NCBI GenBank assembly: GCA_022813965.1
Contig: JALDZS010000139.1
Location: forward strand, 1 to 64,000
Direction: 5' to 3'
Length of the DNA: 64,000 nt
Source of the DNA: Toensbergia leucococca
Taxonomy: Eukaryota
Shown: positions 38,133 through 48,445 of the stretch, piece after piece
Layout: every line of letters begins with the position of its first letter
Numbering within the stretch: the first letter of the stretch is position 1
Program-made: the position numbers and the translations under genes
The notes under the pieces: generated by a model
The model's input: only the letters and a program-made list of their open reading frames with translations
Databases searched by the model: none
Told to the model about the DNA's origin: nothing

Positions 38133-39023
38133 GATACGCTCAGTCAAGGATCAATACCCAGAGTAAAAAAAAACAGACGCACCCTCCATCCCCTCCCAAC
38201 CACCTCACTAAACCCCAATATAAGAAATCCCACACAACACACCCACTCCTCACACAACACACCCACTCCCCCCACACAAAACTCTCAAACCACCCCCCCC
38301 TTCCCAAAAGAAAATCAGAACAAAAAATTCCACAGAGAAAAAATATGGTCCTTTGAATCAACTCTCTATCAACCCCCCTCCACCTCCCCCTCCACCACCC
38401 CCTCCTCTCTGCCAAAAAAAAAAACCTTCAAAAAAAACCAAAATAGATATCAAGGTTTCTATTCTATCGAACCCCCAAAAAACCAACACAAGCCCCTCTC
38501 CCCCCCCCAACTCTCCCGCACCCACGGAAACAAAAGCAGCCAAAACCTTTTAAAAAAAAAAAAAAAAAAGATAATTCAACTCACCAAATCTCAACAACCA
38601 CATTCAAAGTCTTACAAGAGGACTTTTGGATGCCTACATCCGCTTGTTGACAACCTCCCATAGGGAATATCGGCATAAGAGAATCAAAGTCAGCATCAAA
38701 GAATCCCTCCGATGGTGAATCCGAAACAGGGCAAAGAAACCTTAAGGGAAAATGGCCTGTCACAGATGCAAGTTATGTGTATCATGGAAAAGAGTTCCCA
38801 TTCTTGATTCTCATCTTCTTCGTCAAAACTCGTGGTATATACAACCCTTCACACCGTGCCCTCAAAGATTCTGTACAAAGTGAGGGGAAAAAACGGAGGA
38901 ATAATATCAAAAACCAAGAGTACCACCCCAACAAACAGGAAAAGCTAGGGGAAAATATCCCTGCCATCCAGAGAAAAAATAGCGCCATCCACATGCAAAA
39001 GTATTCATCTCTTTCTGTCCTTT

Positions 39024-40765
39024 CTAATGGTCAGACTTATTCTTTGCCTGAATCTTGGCCGCCTTCTGCAGCTCGCGGGCATATTTGACGCCAAACCCAT
39101 GCTTGAAGATCTCCTTGATATCCTCGAGTGTCATGCCCTTGACCTCAGGGTAGCAGAAGTAGACGGCGATCCAACCGAAGAAGCAGATGGCGGCGTAGAA
39201 GCCAAAGGCGCCCGAAGGCGTGGTATTTTCCATCTGGGTGAGGAAGGTGGAGGCGACAATGACGTTGGAGCCCCAGCAAGTACAAGTCAACTAGATTAGA
39301 GTTAGTGACTTTTTCAAGGGGGATATGGTTGAATCTTGGGACTTACCATCATGGTACCGTAGGCGCGAACCTCCATGGGGAAAAATTCGCTAGAGAGCCA
39401 GGCGGTATTGCCCATACCAGAAGAGTAGAAGCCGACGTAGCAGATCATGCAGACGAGCACAAGGTAGGCGGGCCAGCCAATATGATTGGACTGCAGCGTC
39501 AAGTCGTGGTTGACGGGGATCCAGTGGAATGCTACTGCAGCGAGAGCGAGGAAGAAGGCCATTCCCCACATGGTGCAGAGTAGTATTCTCCTTCGTCCGA
39601 TTCTGTCGACCATCATGAGATTGACCCAGGTGAAGAAAAAATTGGTACCGGCAATGATGGTCCCGACTGCGACGGGATTGGAGAATCCGACGAGGCCGAA
39701 GAGGGTTGAAGAGTAGTACATGAGACTGTTGAAGCCGCCCAATTGAGAGATGGCCATCAGTCCGCAAGCAGCGATCAAAGCTCTCAAATTGCCAGGGACA
39801 ACGTAGAGCTGCTTGATAATCCAGAGAGTACCTCGTCCTTGGTGTAGTTGTTTAGCTTGCTCCACATGGATGGTGATGTGTCGAACTTTGTCCACAATTT
39901 GCTGTTCTGTGCCGTGAGGAAAGATTCTTCCGATGACTTTGGCGGCCTCCTCAGGCTTGTTGTGATAGATTAATTGACGTGGGGACTCTGGGCACAATGG
40001 GAGAAGACACATTAGGATGATGGCAGGAACAGCGCCTAAAGCGACCATGTATCGCCAGCCATGGGTGACATGGGCGAAGCCGGCGCCGATACCGTAGGAG
40101 ATCAGCTGTCCACCGGTGATTGACATATTATCGAGACCAATCATGCGACCACGATACTTTGCCGGAGCGACTTCAGCAATGTAGAGCTTGATTGTCAATT
40201 AGCCATGAAGCGTCGTGGTAGATGTTCAAGTAAAGGCTTACAGGGACAATCATAGCTGCCGAACCGACTCCGAAACCAACGACCAAGCGACCCACGGTCA
40301 TTTGAGCAAGGGAAAAGGCACTGGCTTGAAGGAGAGCACCGAGGATGAAAAGCGCACAGCCCAAATAAATGGCAATCTTTCGACCAAATCGATCTGCTGA
40401 AAGTCCGGCGAAGATGGCGCCAATCAAGGCACCACCTGAGGTGATTGAGGTAATAAGTTCTCTTTCGCCCGCATTCAAGAGTTTGCCCAGATCCGAGTTC
40501 AAGTAGACGAGAACGGCGGAGATGATACCGGTGTCATAACCTGGAGTTTTGATCAGCATGGAATGTAACCACGGTCGATGACGGAGACGAGTAGTGGTAG
40601 CTTACCAAAGAGGAGACCTCCAACGCCAGCGGTGATTGATACCAGCCATGCGAACTTGCCTGACTGAGTTTCTTCGATGGTGTCGAGGCTATCGAGCTCG
40701 GGATCCACGGCAGTCTCGACATGATTAGCCTCAGTCTTCCTATCGAGTTCGACGGAGAAGCCCAT
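39024..40765 (-). CDS. MFS sugar porter, myo-inositol transporter (ITR)-like, 521 aa; exons 40765-40606, 40540-40242, 40186-39347, 39290-39024
   Basis: 'GGLLFGYDTGIIS', 'ADRFGRK', 'GRLVVGFGVG', 'PLYIAEVAPAKYRG', 'PESPR', 'QLGGFNSLMYYS', 'VDRIGRRR', 'SEFFPMEVRAYG', 'YPEVKGMTLE'. Confidence 0.93.
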
Positions 40766-41791
40766 GATGGAGGGTAGGCGGTTGTGGTGTGCAATCGAAG
40801 AAGCGTAGTGTGGATGCGGTACCCTTAGAAGGATTGGAGAAGTTCGGTCGAGGAGAGATGCTTCAGATCAGGAGGATGGAGGAGAGCTCAGTGATCAGCG
40901 ACAACGAAGAAAGAAAAAGAGATGTTGGACAGAAAGAGAGGTGGTTATATAGATTGGGCATGATGAGTCGAGACCTGAAAAGGAACTCACAACGAGACAC
41001 TAGCAATGACATGCAGATGCCCGACAGGGAACAGGTAGAATAAGGTAGCTGGGGAAGACAGGGAGGCTTGGATCTAGGTAGACGAGTTGCATCACAGACT
41101 AAGATATTCGAACTGGTACTCGAACTATTACAATTCCGATCTAGGTGCCTTGGTATTCCATCACGATAGCCCAAGGTTCAAGAGTAACCCTAAGTTCTCA
41201 ATTTTCCCTGGGGAAATATTCCCCAATCAGACCGTCCACACGGGAGACAGGCTATATAGCCGGATCTAGAGCCACGTGGTTGATGTGGAGCTTCAATGCT
41301 AGGTAGGTCGGTAGCTCAGTAAGGTAGTCAGTAGGGTGGTAGAGGTAAGGCAGGTAAGGTAATTAGTAGGTAAGGTGCTTGGTTGCCTTAGTGAGGTAGG
41401 TTAGGTAGAGTTAAGGTAGTTGATTACCTAGTGGGATGCGGGGTTGAGGGCTGGGAGCTGGGATGGGAGCTTAGGGGAGCTGGGGGGAGCTGGGATTGAG
41501 CTGGGAAGAGAACTGGGAGCTGGGGAAGGCGGGGTAAGATTACCAGATAGCTACGGATATCTTTGCTTTACTTCCATTTGCCCTACCAGCCTGGGTAAGG
41601 TACATGAATACCATACCTACTGCATACTGCATACTGATAGTTACATTGCATACTCGTACCTTATTATTCAAGGAAATTACCTACTGAATTACCTTCCGAA
41701 TCACTCTCCACTCTCTATTGTGAAAGGTAACTCTTCCATTTACAACTCTTTTTTGTCACTCCTTTGCCGTCGGTAATCTTGTCCGGACTTC
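40766..41791. promoter_or_regulatory. Bidirectional promoter region between transporter and regulator, with AGGT-rich and GGGAGCT-rich repetitive tracts
   Basis: About 1 kb between divergent starts; degenerate repeats at ~41300-41540. Confidence 0.55.
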
Positions 41792-44356
41792 ATGTCGCCA
41801 AAGTCTAAGATTGATCCCTGGTGAGTTTGTGCGCCTTTTGCCTTTTGCCTTCTGCCTTTTGTCCTACCAACTGTGACCTTCTGCTTCCCAGAAGAGAACG
41901 GCTGATCTGTCACACCCAGCCAGAACTGTCGCGGCAAGTCATTCAACCGAAATCCCCCCATGTCAATCGAGACAAGCAATCTGACCTTTGGTGACATACA
42001 GATCGCCATCTAAGATGTCCGTGTGCCGAATCTCCCCCCAACCTAACAAGTAGTCTGATGAAATCCCATTCTAGGCGATGAGGCAAGACCTACCTGCGGA
42101 CGATGCCGCCGCTCCCGAAATGAATGTTCACGCTCTGTTAGCAAACTTCGCTTCCGCCATGGCTCAAGTGCCAGATACGACTCGGACTTTGCCCATGACC
42201 AAGTCTGGGTGCATCCGTCCGGAAATGGTACTTACTCTCCATCATCAACAGCAATTCGGACTTGCATCAAAGACGAAAGTTGACGAGGCTGATATCGGAC
42301 CGTGCGCTTAGTGAGCTACGAGTACATTGACGAGACCCAAGATCTCGCAAACTTCTATGCCGAGGGGACGGATACAGATCTCCTGGAAAGACGCCATCCC
42401 CGACCTGCGTCTTCAGCGTCATCAACAGGGCCAGAAGCCCTAGTTCGGGACACCTCCACCCCAAGACCTGCACCACCAACACCATCCCAGACTCCTCGAT
42501 CCAACCCTGCCACCGATCCACTATCCTCGCCAGAAAAAAGAAGAACCGCAGACGATTGGCCTTCAACTTTTACCATCTACGCTAATGCCTCTCCTAGAGG
42601 ATTATCTTCCATATTGTTACACTCACCTCATTATACCCACTCACCCCAATATGTTCACTCGCCCCACTTTTCCCACCATGATAGCCTTTCTCAGACCTCA
42701 CCCGCCGAACCGCACGAGGTAGCATTAGACTCATTACTGGCCTCGGCAAAGACTTCGACTGACCCAGAATCTTATCAGGATGAGATCCACAATTCCGTTG
42801 GTCCCGAATCCACTCGAGGATCACTTTCCTCCTTGGGGCAAGACTTTTGGCCCAGATTCGATGTGCAAGAGGCTTGCCTCATGCGATATTTCATTGACAA
42901 TCTAGCCTCATGGGTAATTCCATCACCTTTAGTCTCCTGTTTGTCATTCTCTTGGTGAAGACAAGCTCGTAGCTTTGACAATCTCTGATGTTTTGATTAC
43001 AGTTTGATTTGTGTGATCCAGATCGGCATTTTGCTCTAATCGTGCCCCAACGAGCCGCCACTTGTCCTCCTCTACTCAACGCAATTTATACGGCATCCGC
43101 GAGACATCTGAGTCAACTCAAAGAATTTCAAGACGATGGTGCTATCGGATATCTGCGGAAGCATCTTCCAAATCTTCAGATCGAGACAGCCGTGAAATAT
43201 CACAACCGATGTATCAATCATCTAGTGAGACTATCTGACGATCCTCAAGCCATCTATGATGAAGATCTCTTGGCCGCAGCAGTCATCCTTCGGTTCTATG
43301 AGGAGGTTGACGGTGAGTTTTCATTGGTCGGCTAAAGTCGTCCCTTTTCCACTTGTCGATCATCGCTGACGAATATGGGTACTAGCACCGCTAACAGGTG
43401 GAGATAGTGGAGTTGGTCTTCGAGGTATCCAAGTCTTCATCGATGCCCAGGCCGCTTCAGCCGTAAATGGAGGAGGGCTTCGGCAAGCCGCTTTCCGAGT
43501 AGGTTTTCGGCAAGAAGTCTACATGGCTTTCATCAAACAACGCCAATTTCGACTTCCGCTCGGGCCATGTGATGTCTATCGATCGTTTGAGCCTGCCGAA
43601 GACTTTACTTGGGCTCACCGTGCGGTGGTACATTGTGCCGATGTACTCATGTACTGCTACGGAGGCGACAGCAATGATCATGGTCGCAATCCTCAGGAAG
43701 TGTACGATGACCTTGTGAGAACTAACCAGAGATGGCTGGACTCAAGGCCGCAATCGTTTGCTCCCATTTATTACAATGAGCCAAATATTGCGAAAGGAGA
43801 ATTCTTCCCAGATCTATGGTTTCTTTCGGATTGTCATGGTATGCTGTAGCTCTAGATTTGGCTCCAGGCATTGCTAACAGCGAAAACTCTTAGTCACTGG
43901 TGTACAACACATGGACTTGTCAAGAATATTACTTACAGTCTACAACCCACGTACTCCTCGATTAGGGCCCGGGTCAAGAAATGCAGCTCGAGTTATGGAA
44001 GTAAGAATACTCCATTCATCACGCTTCGCATCTAGAATTATATTAATCCTTTCCCTGTAGGATGAGATCAAAAATATAGTCCGTCGACTTTGTGGCGTAG
44101 CCCTTTCAAACCGCCGAGCACCTCCAGCAATGAATACAGCTTGTATTGCAGTAGCAATGTGTGAGCAACTCCTGATGGCCCTTTATTTTGAATCATCAAC
44201 AGTCAACTAATTACCCAGCCAGGCGGCGATCACTTCTCCTCCCGCGCCGAACAAGTTGCTCTCCTCGACGTCCTGATCGAAACCGACCTTAAGCACGCCT
44301 GGCCCACGACAACCATCCAGCAGCATCTCAAGGAAGCATGGGGATGGATGGAATGA
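41792..44356 (+). CDS. Zn(II)2Cys6 transcription factor with fungal-specific C-terminal domain, 638 aa; exons 41792-41820, 41920-41933, 42002-42016, 42075-42227, 42312-42913, 43003-43312, 43386-43838, 43894-44000, 44061-44160, 44223-44356
   Basis: Splicing rebuilds [28 protein letters not shown]; downstream 'EACLMRYF...WFDLCDP..HFALIVP', '[13 protein letters not shown]', 'LRQAAF...RQEVYMAF', 'HAWPT...LKEAWGW'. Intron 2 needs a GC donor (GCAAGT). Confidence 0.88.
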
Positions 44357-45846
44357 GTCCAAGGATGTTTATGAGGTGATGTCTCACCAATGAAGGGTGG
44401 GTATTTTCTGTTGCAAATACGACAATGTGTACGTTTATGAATGTGGGATCTATGGCCTCTTTACTTGCTTCTCTACCCTCTCTACGGATGGGTCTCAAAT
44501 GGGCGGCTTTGAAAAGGATAAGTAACGGATCAGTGCTGCTGTAATCAAGCTCGATCGCTTTGGTGGCACAAATAGTAACGAGTTACTTTCAGTGCTGTAC
44601 ATGAGAACCAAGCCCCTCCAAATCCGCCTGAGATGGAAGAAAGCTATGAACCCAAATCTTTTCAAGAGGGTTTCCTCGACGAGACAGACATATATGCCTC
44701 GCATCAGACCAATCCCAAAACTCACACATTCCATCCTGCCCTCCACCTTCGCATACCCCTACTTCCCACATATCGTATAATCTGTCTCATAAGATACTAC
44801 TCTTACCGTCCGTCCATCAATCATCTGAGGGGGTCCATCAAAAAAACCATATCACATACTTCAGTAGTAGTGTATCTTTGCAAAACAAAAAAGAAAGGGT
44901 AACCATGTCTGGATACATATATAGGTTCCTTTTGAGCGGAAGTTCTGATGGAAGCTGTGAAAATCGAAACAACATTTCACTTTGTGAGAGAAATTTTTCA
45001 ATATGTTCTTTATATGTACTAGCTAGCTTCTTTTAATATATATATCTGATCTCTATACCTTCCTTCTTGCTTCAGATATAAGTACACTTTCTTTGTTCAG
45101 AGGTGAGGGACTACCTATTGAAACTAGGAGACTGGAAGACTGGAAGAGCTATATTTTGCAATCTTGAGTCTGTTGAGTGAGGAAGTGGGGGGGGAGGAAG
45201 TTTCAGCTTTTGACACTGATTCTGAAGGAGGAGGGGGATGCAGGATGCAGGATGAATACCTATGAACTCCGCTAGGGAGGAATGAGCAAGGGGTGAGGTG
45301 ATAGGTACCTGAGACTCCCACCCCACACAATAGGTAGATACAAATCTCATAGACCACAAAAAAAAATAAAACACCCTCAGTCTCCAAAAGGGGTCAATCT
45401 TAGAACCCAGATTTTTGATGTCAGTAGTAATCTCATACACCGAACACATAATCTCATGCCAGATGCATGGTTACCCAAAAAAAAAAAACAAAAACATCAT
45501 TCTAGTAAACCCCCAACCCTCCCCCCCCACCCCCTACCCCCCCACCCCCCCAAAAAAAAGGCACGAAATAGATTCGCACAACCCAAGAGATAGGGAACAA
45601 ATGAGCAAAAAAAAAAAAAAGCACAATGAATTTTGCGCGAAAAAAAAAAGGTATGATATTGATATTGATATGATTCCTCCACCATCTATCCAACTCCCAC
45701 AGACATATCCTGCACAAGAGAGAACATGAAAACCCCCCTATTAACCAAAAACCCAAATTAACAGGATTCCTCCCCACTCCTTCAAGAGGAGACAACATCC
45801 CTCGCCACTCGAAATAACCAAAGATCATTCTTCACATCATCAACAC

Positions 45847-47517
45847 TCAAGCACCCAACTCCCTCCTCCAAACCTTCAACGGCAACTCCCCAGGACTCAA
45901 ATTAAATTGTTCCCGTCTACTCTGCTCCCACCCCTCATGCGGCAGCGCAAACTCGTACCGATGCACCACACTAGCCAACAGCACCGTCTGCTCCAAATAG
46001 CTAATGTTCCGCCCGATGCAACCCCGAGCTCCAGCGCTGAACGTGATGAAAAAAGCCTGCAACTCCTTTCCGCCTTCCTCTAGCCATCTTTCAGGGCGAA
46101 AGGCTTCAGGGTCCGGGAAGGCGACTTCATCTCTGTGGGCCACGTATGCAGAAATCGATACAGAGGTGTTGCCTGGAATGAAGTCGCCGAGGATGTTGGC
46201 GCCTTCAGGGGGTGTACGACGAGGGAGGCCGAAGGTAGAAGGGGGAAAGAGACGCATTGCTTCGTCGAGGCAGGCGCGGAGGTACGGAAGGTGTTTGACT
46301 TTATCGTAGGGAGCGATGATTTCATCGGGGTCGAGGACCGAGTCGATTTCGGTTCGAAGATGGGCAAGTGCTGTAGGGTTCTTGAGGAGCATGTACATAG
46401 CATTGTTCATGGCTATGGCGGTGGTATCGGAGCCGGCGTTCACTGGAAGTGTCAGTCACTGGCTGGTACATGATCAGATGGAGAGCTTACTCATTATGGA
46501 GATTTCGGCAACGATTTCGCCCCATTCAAGGCTGTTTGGGTTGCCGTTTTTGTCTTCCATTAAAGCGGTGAAGAAGTCGTCGAGTTTATCACCAGCGCGG
46601 TATCGAGCTAGACGCTTGGTGGCGCGGTGTAAGACAATGTCATTCCAGTCTTCGTTAAGACTCCACATCTTTCTGTAGCTGGGGGACAGAATACGAGTGA
46701 CCTTTTGGAGGAATGGATACCAATCGTAAGCCCACACAATACCAGATTGAGCTCTGGCTGTTGCATGAAGACATTGTCTGTAATTAACTTCGTGGAGAGT
46801 TCCATCCATACGTTCGCCAGTGACTCGGTCATTGCCAGCATCTAAGAAGCCAAGACGTTCGCTCAGTCCAATGTCGGCAATGGCATCGAGGGTGAAGAAG
46901 TTGGCGTAGGCTCGGTAGTCTACGGTCAAATCTTTGGGTTCGGGACGCTTGAAGCCAGGCTTCAGAGGAGCAGTACACTTGGCATCGAATGCCTTGATAA
47001 ATCGTTCGGTTTTGTCGGCCACTTTGTGTTCCCATCCTTCAAGGTTCTTTAGTGCATATGCGCTTGATAGGACCTTTCGCTTTCGAGCATGATCTGCCTT
47101 GTCGACGACATCTGCGAGATGATAGTGGGTACCAGACAGAACTGTATAGAACTCGTCCTTGCCACATTTGGTATTATGGCCATAAATATCCTGTGAGGAT
47201 CGTTAGATTTGGTCTTCGCATGTCGGGCTTTGAAAATGGAATGAACGTACCTTGATAGCAGGAAGAGCAGCGTAAGACAGGGAATTGGGACCAATGCGAA
47301 CGACGGGATTATTTTTGTGAGCGGCCAAAAGAGCATTGGAACGGAAGCCTTTATGTGCTTCCCATACGAAGCCAAGATCGGTGATGCCAGATAAGGGATT
47401 GAGATTTGGGTATTTTCGAAGTCCTTTGGGGTCTCTCCAGTAGTTCAAAAGGGGTATCAAAACAAGATATGTGAGAAGTGAAAAGACACCAAAGGCCAGT
47501 GCTAGGTTTCCGTACAT
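45847..47517 (-). CDS. Cytochrome P450 (benzoate-4-monooxygenase-like group, possibly CYP630), 520 aa; exons 47517-47251, 47190-46491, 46442-45847
   Basis: N-terminal membrane anchor, 'VRIGPNSLS', I-helix 'AGSDTT', 'EAMR' (ExxR), 'PERW', heme motif 'FSAGARGCIG'. The CYP family label is from memory and not computed. Confidence 0.95.
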
Positions 47518-48445
47518 GATGAAGAGGATGGGGGAGAAGTGGAAGAGGTTCGACAGTGATATCCTTTTGGTTGTGCCCCTTGCCTCGCCAGTAAGACTGA
47601 TGAATTAATTCTCAGTGAAGGTAATAGTTGAGTATACGAGTATATAGATGGTGGATATGTCCTCTGAGATTGAAAGTGACTGTAATGGTTGTGTTTGTGA
47701 TAGAGACGGTCCAAGAGAAAGACGTTATATGGCTGCATTATGGTGAGTGGTACTATCTCCGTGCACTCGACGTTGCTTGGCCCAGCAGCAGTGGAGTGGT
47801 GGGGCTGATAGACTCTGGCCATGACTGAAAGACTGATAGGTAGACTCGGATGGACAGAAGTGGCTCATTTCCACCTTGATTTTTACTACAAGGAATCGAT
47901 ATTCGGATTCGGCTAGCCTCGGCGAAGATGGCTAGCGCTACTACCTTAATTAAACATCCTTCATTGTCCCACTTTTTCCCTCTGTCCCTCTTTCCCCACC
48001 ATCCACCATCTTCCCATCTTAGCCACTCTGCTAGTACTTCCCCGCCTTTAAATTGCCTGATGTGCATAGACTTTCGGCATCCATCGACACTCTGCCGCCT
48101 CTGGAGGCCGGGCCTAGAGCAAGACTGCCATCCACACTTGCATCTGACATCCATCCAGACGTCTCTGCATTTGGCACATCATGAAATCCCTAACCATCCA
48201 TCTAGAGGCAAGTGTGGCCAAGTGCTTCTGTCAAGGGAAATGTGTGCGGCGCCTCGGCACAAAGCATAATTCTAATACAGTGTCATTTTTGAGTGAGGAA
48301 GAATGTTGAGATCAATATCAGAAGCATGTTGTGATATATACAGTGCATCTCATTTCATATCTGCTTTCAATCTGGACATCTTGCGTTGTGGCTCATTTCT
48401 CCGTCTTGTTGTTGGACTGAAACAGCCCGAATTTACAATTCTCCA
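47518..48445. promoter_or_regulatory. Bidirectional promoter region shared by the P450 and the P450 reductase
   Basis: 928 bp between divergent start codons. Confidence 0.65.

Noticed and set aside
37300..39000. ORFs between the AKR and the transporter
   Set aside because: Homopolymer and microsatellite-rich spacer; no protein-like signal.
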